Positions 22,592-35,712 of a DNA stretch of 64,000 nucleotides are shown piece by piece. The stretch comes from Okamejei kenojei (lineage: Eukaryota). The stretch lies in assembly GCA_035221665.1 (NCBI GenBank), contig CM069174.1, positions 10,912,001 through 10,976,000 on the forward strand, read 5' to 3'. How positions within the stretch are numbered: the stretch's first letter is position 1; each line of letters starts with the position of its first letter. Below the pieces are notes generated by a model. The model worked only from the letters and a program-made list of their open reading frames with translations. It ran no database searches and was not told where the DNA came from. The translations under genes were made by a program, and so were the position numbers.

Positions 22592-22867
22592 GTGAGTGTA
22601 GGAGACTGGGCAGGGGTGGGCTGGGAGGGTTAGGTATTGGAATGGATGCTCTATAAGGCTGCTGCCATTCTGGCCACCTTTTAGGAATAACATCAAAACG
22701 GCTGACAGCGCGTTTGTGATACAAGTGTTCAGTGTGTGGAGCTGTTCTGAACCTATGAACTACTGCTATAATCAGTCATTGGAACTCCTTCCTATCTTTG
22801 GTTACAGGTGAACAAAGGACTAGCCAAGTCCTCTTGTGATAGTGTGTGACATAGAATCAGTCCACTG

Positions 22868-23081
22868 ATGGTACACAAAATGTTGGAGAAACTCAGCGGG
22901 TGCAGCAGCATCTATGGAGCGAAGGAGATAGGCAACGTTTCGGGCCGAAACCCTTCTTCAGACGGTTTCGGCCCGAAACGTTGCCTATCTCCTTCGCTCC
23001 ATAGATGCCGCTGCACCCGCTGAGTTTCTCTAGCATTTTGTGTACCATCAATTTTCCAGCATCTGCAGTTCCTTCTTTAAC
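22868..23081. mobile_element. Penelope-derived palindromic element with 13-bp TSD
   Basis: Near-perfect ~87-bp arms 22866-22952 / 22964-23050; TSD aatcagtcca(c/t)tg at 22855 and 23082. Confidence 0.8.
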
Positions 23082-23448
23082 AATCAGTCCATTGTTCCTG
23101 CTTCCTCCCCATATCCCTTGATTCTGTTAGCCCCAAGAGCTATATCTAACTCTCTTGAATACATCCAGTGAATTGGCCTCCACTGCCTTCTGTGGCAGAG
23201 AATTCCACAGATATAGAAGATTGTGTGTGTGTACATTTGTTGCATATTGGGTCAAGCTTCTCTGTAACGTCCACCACCTCCCCTTCCCTCACATGTCAGA
23301 GATGGTGAAGGTTTCTTAGCCGTGTTTTATTGCTCAAGGGTGTAGAGATTGTGCCCACTCCATAAATATATGCACTAGGTGGTTTCAAGATGTCTGTTCT
23401 ACCCACCACAAAACTGTCACCAGTGTTGTAACGAGTGTCTGTTTGTAG

Positions 23449-23600
23449 GCAATGTATTGGTTTCTGCACACTGTCAAAGGAACACCCTTTGAGACTCCAG
23501 ACCAAGGCAAGGCACGATTACTGACGCACTGGGAACAAATGGATTATGGGATCCAATTTACATCATCGCGCAAGTTTCTCACCATCACACCTATAATTCT
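23449..23600 (+). CDS. ORMDL2: ORMDL2 coding exon 2
   Basis: tttgtag|[50 protein letters not shown](L)|gtaagt, 152 nt. Confidence 0.95.
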
Positions 23601-25118
23601 GTAAGTCCTTGTTTTGTCTTTGTGGTAGCTGCTTCAATTGTTTTAAACTGGTAGAAAATCTGGGATGTTATTGTGAGAGGGAAGAGGGAGCCAGAAACCA
23701 ACCGGTGAAATTCAGATTAAGTAAGTTTTAACCAGATTTCAAAGCTGTCTTGCCCATGGATCAGAAGTTCCAATCCTGAGCCTTGAATGTCTTTGCTAGA
23801 CTTTGTTTGTTCTGATGTAAATGATCCCCCAGCAACATTGCAAGAACAAGAGCATTCTCTCCATTGTACAAGGGCAATGTTTATCCATAAACCAGCATTA
23901 CTTAAAACAGATAATCTGTTCCTTATCAAATTGCTTTGGGGGCAAATCTTTTACATTGTTATAATGCCCATGTGCCAAGAAAATATCTGCTTGATTGTAA
24001 AGTGCATTTTAGAAGAGCTGAAGTTGTGAAAATCTCTGTAGAAATGCAAGTGTGCCCTTTTAACATATCAGGACAGGCGACGGTCTCATGCAGTGAGGAT
24101 CCGCAACTCATACGGTGTCCCTGCGAATGAGAATCCACCTATTGGTCATCAGTCAGGCCTTGCATGTTTCACAGAAAAATACCCTTTCAACATACTCGCA
24201 CCTTAAGTGTTATCACGATGAAGGGACAGCAATACATTTTCAAAGCAGGGTAGTGTAACTGGGAAACCTACAGATAGCGGTGCTCGCATGTGCCCACCAC
24301 TCTCAACTCCTAGGGGCTGGAGGCCAGTCACTGTCAGAATAGCCTAGGTGACATTTCATGCAGGTGATGATACACACTGCAGCCACTGTTGCCTGGTGGA
24401 GGGAGAGAATCGAGCATGCACTTCACTCTGGGTGATGTTGAGCTTCTTGAGAGGTATTACCCTTCATGCATCATACCCTTTTCTTATATCTTGGAGATGA
24501 TAGAAAGGCTTTTAGCGAGGAGGGAGAATTCAGCTGCCGGTTGCTTTAAATGACCCATGGAAACAAACTTTTAATAAAGTCAATTATCAAAGTAATCAAA
24601 AGCTATAAAGATGATTTTGTGGCATGGCATGAGGTGGGCGGACATTGGAGAAACTGAGATTGTTTCCTGTACAGGGGAAAGGGAGAATTAATGGTGACCT
24701 TCAAAACCATGAAGGAATTTTGATGGTGAAGTATTTAAGCTGGAGTTAGGTACATTTTTGAAAAATCAGGGGAAGAGGGCAATGGTGAAGGCAAGAGGGG
24801 CCTGGTGCCAACATTCTGTTCCTATTTTCTGACGTGGAGGCAGAGAAACTTTCCAGAGGCTGGAGAGGCAGCAAACAAAATTATTTTTTGTATAAGATTA
24901 ATTTAAGATTTAAGATGACTGACATAACATTACACAATGTGGTTAAACATTTACAGGCCATTAGGGAATGAGCAGGGGAGTGGAACTACTTGTAGTGATT
25001 GTTTCTAAAGGCTAGCACACAAATTGTGGGCTGAGTGGCACTTTTCTACAATATGATATGATGAATTAACTTTTACAGATTGTGTGTCATTTAATAAATG
25101 GTTATGTTTTCTTTCCAG

Positions 25119-25254
25119 GTATATGCTAGCAAGTTTCTACACTAAATATAATGTTGTTCATTTCCTGGTGAACACTACATCTTTGCTTACTGCCCTCATT
25201 CCCAAACTCCCCCAGCTGCACGGGGTCCGCCTTTTTGGCATCAATAAGTATTGA
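25119..25254 (+). CDS. ORMDL2: ORMDL2 coding exon 3 (stop TGA 25252-25254)
   Basis: ttccag|[44 protein letters not shown]. Total CDS 174+152+136 = 462 nt = 153 aa. Confidence 0.95.
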
Positions 25255-26254
25255 GCGGGTGGTTGGCAGCTGAGTGAATGCTGCCAGTGGCTCCAGCCAG
25301 CCTCAGACGGGGGTCCGTATGAGTGATGGGCACAATGTACTGAGACAATGAACCAAGAGGAGCCTGCTGACACAACCATCCAAATTAGTGACTATTTACT
25401 TACAGCCAAGATCTTCCACTTGACCAAGTAGGAATTGTGCTCTTGTGTATAATTTTATATTTTTTCTCTCCTTTTGCATCAATTGTATACATAAAAAAAG
25501 GTTTGTCACTGAGGGCGTGGTAGTGTTTGTGCACGTAAGAACATGAATGCATACATCAAGCAGTATTCTGCTCCTGCCTCCTGTCTACACTTCCTCTCAG
25601 ATTCTGACAATCTCCTATCGTCAGAGGAAAAAAATGGACAAGTCCAGAACAATGATATACATTTCTTCATTGTTCCTACTCCTGTCCAGAACACTCGGTG
25701 TCATTCCTCTAGTATATTAGAACAATTACTTGATTTTGGCTGACTGTGGTTTACTAAACTATAACACTTATGAGGCACAGTCACTGCATGGGGTATGATA
25801 GATCTAAACCTTCAACTTGGGGGCTGGTTATCGCCCTTGCAGTAAATAGTAACTTGGCACAAAGATTAAACTGAGAGGTAAACCACACCACCTACCATAC
25901 CCAGCGGTGACACCGCCAAAGCCAAACTTAAAACTTCAAGAAACGTAATTGATTTTTAGTTTTTACAAAGCATCTACGTAAAAGTAAATTAATTTATCAT
26001 TGCAATTGTTTATACAATTTGCTGCAGCCATCATTTAACATTCACATACACAATCAACTTGGTTAAGAGAGCTGTGCTCTATCAACTCTGAATCTGAAGC
26101 ACAAAAATGCAAGTTAACATTCCCAGTGAATGCACTAGTGTTTGACTGTTCATTGTCAAATCAAGGTTCTATTCTCTTGCCCAAGGCACTGTTTTGAAGA
26201 ACAGGTTAGTTTACCCCAAATTTATCACTTAACCGCAATCACTCAAACATAATA

Positions 26255-26410
26255 AAACTGCAGATGCTGGGAATCTGAAATAACAGAAAATGCTGAAAAA
26301 AACTCAGCAGCTCAGGCAGCATCTGTGAAAAGAGGAACCTGAAGAAGGTTGCAAATGTTTATTTTTCCTCAGAGATGCTGCCAGACCAGCTGAGTGTCCA
26401 ACACATTTTA
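26255..26410. mobile_element. Penelope-derived palindromic element (old)
   Basis: aactgcagatgctggg...ctcaggcagcatctgtg...ctgaagaagg...cagagatgctgccagaccagctgagt. Confidence 0.55.
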
Positions 26411-27224
26411 GTGGAATCCCATTGTACATGCGATTACATTTAAAAAAAGACTCTATTGGATCAAAAGCCATCAAGGCTCTTAAGGATGCTATAAAACATG
26501 GAAATATTTCAAATCAATGACTGGTTCATAATATCTTTAACTAACCTTTCATTCCCCAAACCTTCAAACAAAAACTATGACGCAAATTGTGCTCAGTTCT
26601 CAAAGATCTAAGCATCCAAGTGTATATTTTAAAGTGCTTTTTACCCCCCTTCAAATGGGAGCCACTCTAGGTATTGAACCCAGCAATGTGGGCATTATTC
26701 CTGTACCTCCATTGTACTGGTCAATATGTTATTCAGACTGTAGTTCTGGCCACCTGCTCTGATGGATTAATGGAATAGGAGCATTTCTTCCAGTCACATT
26801 TTTTTAACTCAACTAACACAACCAAACAGATTAACTAGACACTGCTGCTTATGAGATCCAGCTATGCACAATGTGGAAATCACATCATTAAAGCCATGAG
26901 CTGGATTGTGCACAGCCTGGGACACCTTGTTGCATCTCCAGGCTTTGAGTTTCAAAAATCAGCAATGCCAAACGTTGTCTCTTGAGTGCAAGAATCCCAA
27001 GTGAAACAAGAACTGTAAGCCTGTAACAAAGTTCCAGCTCCTGCACAACAAATTACATTGTGACGGCAACATTTGAAATCTTAGCAAACTAGAATAAATA
27101 GATAATGCAGATTCAATAGCAACAAAGCTAATTTCAGCAGTGATCCTTCCACATTTTGCATTTATCCAAACAGGGCTAGTTATAAAATAGTGACATGCAC
27201 AAATGTTGGATGACTTTTAAATAT

Positions 27225-27925
27225 TACTGCACGTTCCTCAACTCCTCCTTCTGGCAATTTGCTCCATATATCTATGTGTGAAAATATTGCCCCTCAGGTT
27301 ACTATGAAATCTTGCTCCTCTCACCTTAAACTTAGTTCCTGGTTCCCCTACCCTGGAAAAATGACCCTGTGCATTCACTATCTATTCCCTGTATAATTTT
27401 ATACACCTCTAGAAGATTACCCCTCAGCCTCTTCCACTCCAAGGAATAAAGTCCCCTCTCTCTATAGCTCAGCCCCTCGTGACTGGGCAACATCTTCATA
27501 CATCTTCTCTGTACCCTTTCCAGTTGAATGGCATATTTCCAATAGCAGAGTCACCAAAACTGAACACAATACTCCAAGTGCAGCCTCACCAACATCTTGT
27601 ACAACTATAACTTAACATTCCATATTCAATTCCCCGATTAAGGCCAGCATGGCAAAAGCCTTCTGCATCACCCTATCAATCTGTGATGCCACATTCAGGA
27701 AACTGCACTCGCTAGATCCCTCTGCTTTCCCCAGGGCCCTCCCGTTTCCTGTGAAAATTCTGCCCTGGTTTGGCTTCCTAAAATGCAACACCTTGCACTT
27801 ATCCGAATTAAACTCAATTTGCCATTCTTCGACGAACTTGCCCAACTGATCAAGATCACACTGAAATTCTTAATAACCATCTGTAAAAAAAACACCAATT
27901 TTAACGTCACCTTACTGATCATAAA
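27225..27925 (-). mobile_element. Degenerate CR1-type LINE RT C-terminal fragment
   Basis: ORF 27612-27845(-) EEWQIEFNSDKCKVLHF...KAFAMLA, frameshifted relative to the intact CR1 at 12977. Confidence 0.8.
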
Positions 27926-28177
27926 TATATGGTAGAAATCTTTTCTTAAAAGGGGACCTCCTGAGAGCAATATTTAATGTTCAAACAACATCCAAACCAA
28001 ATGTATTTCATTGTTACCTGTACGAGCAGGCTGTGCGCAAATGGGTGCTGCTATTCTTACATTACACCTTAAAAGTACTTCATTGGCTAATAGTACTTTG
28101 GGATATCCTGAAGTTATGAACAGTAAATGCAAGCAAAGCAACAGAAGTTCAGCTATGATTGAGATTTAACAATGCTA

Positions 28178-28499
28178 CAGTGCCCTCCATAAAGTTTGGG
28201 ACAAAGACCCATCATTTATTTATTTGCCTCTGTACTCCACAATTTGAGATTTGTAATAGAAAAAAAAAATCACATGTGGTTAAAGTGCACATTGTCAGAT
28301 TTTAATAAAGGCCATTTTTATACATTTTGGTTTCACTAAACATGACTACTTTCATTGACATGACATTGCTGTGTTGCAAACATTATGGTGCCCTGAAATG
28401 GGGGGGACTATGTATAAACACAGCTGTAATTTCTACATGGTGAAACCAAAATGTATAAAAATACCCCTTAATAAAATCTGACTATTATGGAAGGCACTG
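28178..28499. mobile_element. Tc1/mariner non-autonomous element (MITE)
   Basis: TA|CAGTGCCCTCCATAA ... TTATGGAAGGCACTG|TA (TA TSD 28176-77 and 28500-01); additional internal inverted repeat ~28294-28336 / 28440-28482. Confidence 0.85.
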
Positions 28500-29019
28500 T
28501 ATATGGTTGCTGAGTGTATCATATTTAAAAACCAAATCCCTTTCTTTACAAAAATACACTTTGGTAATGCAATATGCATTTATTTTTACTCCCCCAAAGG
28601 TTCTGGCTAACAAGAAATTGTGTTGGGATCTGCAAGCCTTTTTACAATCAAAAGACTGGAGGTGCATCGAATAATGCAGTATTAAATTTGCCCATGGCCA
28701 CCTCGAAATCAGCCCTAACTTCAACAGTAATATTCAACAGATCTTTGCTAACAGCGCTTCTATATCTAACAATCTAGCGATTAAAGGCAACAAGATGCAA
28801 ATTATTTGGATTTCTCAAGACAACTAAAGGTGTGGTGCGTGGGGGGGGGGTATTTTAACAAGATAGAACTATAATTTAAGAGGTTATTTAATTTAAAACA
28901 TCATCAAATGGAAAATAAAATGAGAAAATGTTGTTGAACAAAATCAGCAAATCAGAACCTCAGTGGATTCTCCCACAGTGTGCCTCTTCCAAGCAGAACC
29001 ACCCACCAAGTTTACTGTT

Positions 29020-29195
29020 TAAGAAAGAACTGCAGATGCTGGAAAAATCGAAGGTAGACAAAAATGCTGGAGAAACTCAGCGGGTGAGGCAGCATCTATG
29101 GAGTGAAGGAATAGGTGACGTCTGAGGAAGGCTCTCGACCCGAAACGTCACCTATTCCTTTGCTCCACAGATGCTGCCTCACCCGTTGAGTTGCT
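29020..29195. mobile_element. Penelope-derived palindromic element with 17-bp TSD
   Basis: CCACCAAGTTTACTGTT at 29003-29019 and 29196-29212; core CUGAGGA-A-GGCU-CUCG-ACCC-GAAAC-GUC at 29122-29149. Confidence 0.8.
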
Positions 29196-30738
29196 CCACC
29201 AAGTTTACTGTTGGAGGCTAGCAAGGTTTCTGGTAGCTTGAATGCATGATAGGGGCACTTGTTTGAGGCATTTTTTGAAATCCAGGATTTCAGGCATACA
29301 TTCAACTATCTACATTGACCTAGCTTTCCTGAACAATCTCAAGGTAGTGCATCAGGATCTCAGGTGATTTAGATCTTGTCAAGTTGAAAATAGCAATACA
29401 AATTGCAGAGGTCATCCTGGAGTGTACACTATCCTCTTTGAGTATACAATGCTCTCTTGCTAAATTCTAAGCCCGTACCATGCACACAGAAGGGCATGGA
29501 ATAGTCAACATGTATTCAAATTCAATTCCCTACTGTCTGAGAATTTATTTTATGCATGGGTCACAGATTTTTGCAATTTTTTGGGTTGAATCAGTAGTAG
29601 ACTTATAGGGTAGCACTCTATACATGTATACACAATATAGTAAGAATTTATTAAGTGGACATGTTTTGGCCAAGTTCCCAGAGAAAGCGTTGCCAACAAA
29701 GTATACATACTGAATCTATCAATAAATACACTTCCCATTCCCACCCTATGGAGCAGTGAACACATGATGCAAAGGTTGCACTGCACAAATTCCAGTGTTA
29801 ACCCCTGGGTACCTCATTTGGGTTGCAAGGCACTTCATAGTTGCGTTCAACTTTATGGTGAATTCTGCAGACATCAATGTAAGATATATACTTGCGCCAT
29901 TACTATGAAATAAATGTTCAACTTTGTTGAGGAATTTTGTTAAAGCCAATTAAGGAGCTGAAGGAGAGGGGGACAGAGAGAGAGGAGAAGACATTACAAC
30001 AATAAGAGACAGCAGAATAAAATGAGCACAACTCCATTTTTCTATTTATGGTAGAGCTATCAAAGGTTCATATTTTTTTATAAGATTTGTGTACGATTTC
30101 TGCAGCACAATAATTTTCCAATAAATATTTAATTTTTTTAAAGTTACAAAAAGAAATTGTATCCCATCTCTAAATCACAATAAGTGTGGCGATTTTACAC
30201 ATTTAACGCAAATTATTTTCTGGTTCCTTTCTAAAAAAAAAGTGCTTTCTTTTAAAAAGAAAATACCTACCATACGGTGGAAATCAGGCCAGCAGCCAAG
30301 CACAATGTTTAGTCTGTTCCTTTTGCATTGCAAACTTTTCCCCATTAAAAATGGTCAGGAGGGTGTATGACCTTGGGGAAAGGAAGAGCCGAGAAACGGA
30401 ACATTTCAGGAGGAGGTAGCCGAGCATGGAAGAATAATAAAGCATTTTAAAAAGTCACCTACCGGGTAATTTTTCATCTACCTGTGGAAACCAGAAATTA
30501 ATTTGTCTTTACCTAACAAATTATAAAGTAAAGCCCTCTTAAGATCACTTTAGTTGCTACTGTACATCCAAATTAAAATGTTAAAACAAGGTACAGTTAA
30601 AGTCTATTCATTCAATTCAATAAAAGAGGACTTTTATTTGTCTTTGTTCTAATCTAGAATCAGGTTTTGACCTTCTCAGTCAGGCTGCTATCTAGCTGAC
30701 TGAGGTGATCGCTGAGGTTTGTTTTAGCGCTTTAAGGC

Positions 30739-30946
30739 TCAGCGCGGGAATGTCCGTCGCACCTTCTTCCTTCTCTTTTGCTTTGTATCGGTTCTCTGCG
30801 TGGACTCTCCTTTTGCCTGACCATTGGGCCCCATTTGTGATGGGTTAAAGAAGCTCCCGTTGGCCTGCGGTGGCACTCCCTGGAAAATCTTGCTGAAAAA
30901 CTCTTGGAGGTCAGCAGGAGAACTTGGGCCATTCTCCGAGCCAGCT
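30739..30946 (-). CDS. DNAJC14: DNAJC14 last coding exon (stop TGA)
   Basis: tttgtag|(R)AGSENGPSSPADLQEFFSKIFQG...KQKRRKKVRRTFPR*; PADLQ.F and RRKKVRR motifs of DNAJC14. Confidence 0.9.
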
Positions 30947-31614
30947 CTACAAAGAGAAAATAAAGATGTTATGGAACATTTTTAGAACCACTTCTTCAAA
31001 TGACAATATCCTCATACAGTAGGCTGTCAAACCCCTTAACCAAGCAGAGTTACAACACAACTGCAGCCAACATCGGCTGTGGAAAAAGTCAAACAAGAGG
31101 ACCTTGAGCTTGCTCTTAATGCCCTTTCCATTGGACAGCACTTGTCCTTTCATCAACTTCTCCAAAAGCAGAGACAAGACAGAATAGACAGAAACCAGAT
31201 TGAGGTATATTTTCCTGCATTTCGTGAAAGACAATATGGCGTTTTACTAACAAAGTATATTCTGCTACACTTAAGGGCGTGAGACACCATCTGTTCAAAC
31301 TGCTATCAGAGCAACATGATGTGCATTCTATTTTGAAAACCATAAACAAACACTCAAATGATAGATTTTCCAAACTATTTTAAATGTTTCTCATTCTCCC
31401 ATGGGCATAATTGGCCTCAGGAAGATGACGGCAATCTCCTTAAATCACTTAAGTCCATTGGTGAATGCACTCCCACAGTGCTGTGAGAGAATAACCTCCC
31501 ATGAACTGCAATTCGGCTTGAAAAATAAAATTAGAATTGCAAATTTACAGCTGTAGTTTACGGTTAACTTTTTATCAATCAACAAGAAACACCCACCAAC
31601 ACCAGGCACAATAA

Positions 31615-31730
31615 CCATGTTTAGTTTAATTTAGTTTAGAGATAGAGTGTGGAAATATGCCCTTCAGCCCACACAGACAGCACGGAACCCGGGTCTATGG
31701 TGCTGTAAGGCAGCAACTCTACCGCTACAT
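31615..31730 (-). mobile_element. Internally deleted tRNA-SINE (HE1-like) with (taaac)n tail
   Basis: Reverse complement: gtagcggtagagttgctgccttacagcacc...acccgggttc head joined to a gggctgaagggc...tctctaaactaaattaaactaaac tail. Confidence 0.55.
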
Positions 31731-32028
31731 AGCGTCAATATGCAAATTGTGCTCGCAGGCTTGTCAGTCATTAAAAATCTACACAAAGTGTGAGTTGGTC
31801 ACTCCACTCCAATAGCTATTGTAATTTTCACAAGACCAACACTGGTCACTGCTTCTGATAAAACCAATTTACACAGGCATTTTATTTGGCTGCCTCGTAT
31901 CAAATTTCAAATCTGCACTTGGAATGTTATCATGTAAAATGTACTGTTTGATGCCATAAAAATTACATTTAGTTAAAACAGTTGGAAAATGATGATGAAT
32001 ATGCCAAGCTTTCTGCATTTTTACCCAC

Positions 32029-32131
32029 CTATGCCGACCACTGCTTCCAGAAGTTCTTGTAGCAAATGATATATGGTAAGGAACAAGATGTATGTCAGGA
32101 GATATTCCTACCTTCTGACACCCAGCCCATT
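32029..32131 (-). CDS. DNAJC14: DNAJC14 coding exon 5
   Basis: ttcag|(E)[33 protein letters not shown](R)|gtgggt, 103 nt. Confidence 0.92.
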
Positions 32132-33229
32132 CTGAAAAGAAAGAAATAACATAAGTTACCAAAGATTGTAACTGAGAAAGATGCAAGCTCTCCTAATCCT
32201 CCCTCTAACAGATTGATGGACAATATCACAATGGCTAACGTAACAAAAGAAATGCAAGTACTTTGTATCCTTCCTCTCAAATCATCATTTAGTATTTTCC
32301 AATCAAGGAGAACTGTGGGTATCCACACCCAATCTGAACCCACTTGCTTCCCAATTAACTATTTGAAAATTAATTTAAAAACTGAAAAAGCATGAAGAAG
32401 GTGCAATCGTCAGGTAAACAGGGATGATCAAACTGAATATCAGGAACGAGTTCAAAGGACTGAATGATCTTCTCCTGGTCCAATGAACCATTCTAACTTT
32501 CCTTCCCACAATCGCCAAGCCACCACTTTCTATCTGGTGGCCCAACGCCATTGAAGCAAGCGGCATATGCCAAACCCATGGCACTCCACACCACTTCAAA
32601 CAAAACTAACGACTTTAAAACCTTTGAAGGTCGACTTTCATCTGCAAAAATTTAAACGTAGACCTGGCTTCCCCCTTATTTTTCCTTTGATTATTTCCAC
32701 TGCCGTTGACAGGATTTTGGACCACTGTAAGAATATTTTTAAATGCCCTGGAGTAGAATTTTAGCCATATTCTCCGGAAGAACACTCCAGGGAGTACTAT
32801 GAGACATATTCAAGCATTTGCTGTCATTTGGGAGAGCTGTGGCAACAGCTGCTGCAATAAAATATATTTCTTCCATCGACATCCCCTATCATTCAGCAGG
32901 AAACAAGGGCTGTAGTCTTGTTCAGATGGTAGCAACATTTCTGTTGCTTTGTAGGTTCTAATATTGACTACTTTTTGCAAAAACATAGGAAGCTTTTCTT
33001 CAGCATCAGTCAAGCCTGGGATTTTCATGTTAAGTTGTACAGACAACACATTCAGTCCCAGTGAGTTGGTGTCACTGCTCCATAAAACCACAGTACCGGA
33101 GTAACCAGGCAACTAGTTTCATGCAGCACACTAATTCCAAATTCTCATCACATGCAAAGGTCACCGGAAGCTAACGGTGTTTGTTTTCCTAATACAACAC
33201 GCTGAGAGCGCCGCGTTTCGCAGCCGCAC

Positions 33230-33390
33230 CTGTGATGTCATAGACCTTTCCATCCATCATAGCAAAGTAGGTGATTTTCAATCCCAGCATGCTCGATTCC
33301 GCCCAGAAGTCTCCGGCCTCCACAGGGTGCCTCTTGTTACACTCGGCACAGTACCGAGCGGCCTGAGGATCACGATCCATCTCAAACCTC
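33230..33390 (-). CDS. DNAJC14: DNAJC14 coding exon 4 (Jiv90 domain)
   Basis: tgcag|[53 protein letters not shown]|gtgcgg, 161 nt. Confidence 0.95.
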
Positions 33391-33685
33391 CTGCAAATAA
33401 CCGTCACACCTCATTGTGACACACAAGTAGATCAGGAAACACAGTTCCAAAAAGACAATTTGAGATTAGACCCTGATGTGGACTTGTCTGGGCATTATTC
33501 CTTAAACGGTCATGCATGAATCTTCTGCAGCTTTCAGAGTGTTGCGGATAGCAAGGAAATAGGAATTACATTGTGCAGACTCGATGGGAGCAAAGCTATT
33601 TTGGGAATGGAGAGGGGCAGGAGAACAGGCCTGAACAGAGTTACAAACAGGTGCACTAGAGCAACTAATAGTATCCAGAAGAATG

Positions 33686-33880
33686 ACAAGGAACTGCAGA
33701 TGCTGACTTACCAAAAAGACACAAAGTGCTGGAGCAACTGAACAGGTCAGGCAGCAACTGTGGAGAACAGGGAAAGGCTGTGTATTGGGTCTGAAGAAGG
33801 GTCCCGACACAAAACATTGCCCATTCATGTTCTCCAGGGATGGTGCTGACCCGCTGAGTTACTCCAGCATTTTATGTCTT
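33686..33880. mobile_element. Penelope-derived palindromic element
   Basis: aaggaactgcagatgctg...tctgaagaagggtcccgacacaaaac...cccgctgagttactccagcattt. Confidence 0.7.
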
Positions 33881-34170
33881 TTTTTCTCCCTCTTCTCTCT
33901 AAACTAAACTTGGATGGATGCATTTGAGTGAGCACAGTTAAATCATTCCTATGTTGAAAAGATGTTCCATTGTAATTGAATGAAGAACCCAAGGGTACCT
34001 GACAACTGTTAAATTCTATTCTAAGAGTTGGCTCCAGGGAGAAGAGGTGCGGGTGAGCGGGGAGGGGAGGAGGAGAGGGAAAACCCGATCAGGGAGACTA
34101 AAAACAAAACAAAAACCACGCAGCTATACACTTATTTTAACAGATTAGCAAAAGATAAATGAGCACAAAC

Positions 34171-34290
34171 TTGTGTTTTCCTTCACATTTACTGCACATC
34201 ATCGTGTTCATGGCCTCCTTCAGGTCATCCTGGAGTTTGGTAAGAAAATCATTCATGGATCGGTGTAACTCACTCTCTGCAGCCCGTTTG
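34171..34290 (-). CDS. DNAJC14: DNAJC14 coding exon 3
   Basis: ttttag|KRAAESELHRSMNDFLTKLQDDLKEAMNTMMCSKCEGKH(K)|gtttgt, 120 nt, phases consistent with flanking exons. Confidence 0.92.
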
Positions 34291-35605
34291 CTAAAAACAA
34301 AAGAAATATAATTGGTATTATCTGGCAAGAAATCAAGAGCAGAAAGTGGTTGAGAAACTTGGATTCTGCAATTGCTCAGAAATGAAAGACAATACAAACC
34401 TCTCACAACAAGATTCAAATATCCATCCGCAGGGAAATTCAGCCACGATAAAATGAAAAAAATATACAAAAGCCTTTGCATTTACGCAGCACCTCTTTAC
34501 ATTTGGAGGTGTGCAGATACTGTCCCAGAGGCAAACGCGGCAGCATGTTTGCGCATAGCAAGATCCTGCAAAAAGCAGGTGACTAGGATAGTCAGCTTGG
34601 CTGAAGGACCAGTGGTAGCCACAACACGGGAGAATTCCCCAGCTCTTCAAATTGTGCCATGAGATCTCTTCTGCCCATTTGAGCAGGAAATCAAAGTCTC
34701 AGTGTAGAGACTAAGTAAACAAAGCAACCAATCATCTCCAGGATGTTCTTGCACAGCACCAACAGCAAAGGATAGAACACAAACAACATCTCATGCTTTC
34801 CCCATCTCACACTCTCCCTATGTTAAAACTATTCACATCATTGTCTCTTTAACTAGAATCAATCAAAAATACTTTTAAAGTCTGGAAAGGTAATCTGCCA
34901 CAAAAAAAAAGATTAAAAGACATTAGAGAAAGGTAAACCTAGAGTTAATTAGTATTAGAGCTAATATTATTCGGAGTTGCAAAATAATACTTTACCTTTC
35001 AAGTCGTAAGAAAGAGGGAAATTATTAACGTGCATGTTTTGATGGATTTTTGTGTGAGCAATAGTGTATTGTCAGTGCCAAGTAACAGGAAACTTTTCTT
35101 GCATCCAGTTTCAACATCAAGTAGTTCTAAAGCAACTTTATAGCTTATCTCTGTGAGACTGACATGTCACTATTAATTGATGTGAATTTTACAGGCAGTT
35201 TTGCGATGTAGGATTAGGAACTCAATCAAACCTGCCAAGACTCAATACACTTGGGAATTCTGTAGCCGACAGAGAGGAGAATTTCATTCCATTGGCCGGG
35301 ACCGCACTCAAAACCAATCCCGTGTTGAAATAGCAATATTCTTAAAAGTTAGCTGCAGGGAGCTTTCTTAAACAGTAAACTGGCTGACATGTTTAAGCAG
35401 AGTTTCACTCCCTAACTCAAAATGGCAATCTTTGAAATGGAAAATTATAAAGAGTAATCAAATTTAAGCAGCTCAAAACATGCCAAAATGCTTTTGATAT
35501 CACAAATAGAAGTTAAACTAACATTTTCAAAACAATGGAGCCTGCAAAGATAAAGATCACAGGTCACATGGATGTATCTGGAATGCAGCACTGAATTTTG
35601 CTTAC

Positions 35606-35712
35606 ATTTCATATTCCTTCCTCCTCTCAGGATTGCTCACAATATCCCACGCTGCTCGCACCACCTTAAAAGCTTCCTCCGATCGGGGGTGTTGGTTTTT
35701 ATCAGGGTGAAC
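35606..35712 (-). CDS. DNAJC14: DNAJC14 coding exon 2 (J-domain HPD)
   Basis: ttgcag|VHPDKNQHPRSEEAFKVVRAAWDIVSNPERRKEYE|gtaagc, 107 nt. Confidence 0.95.
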
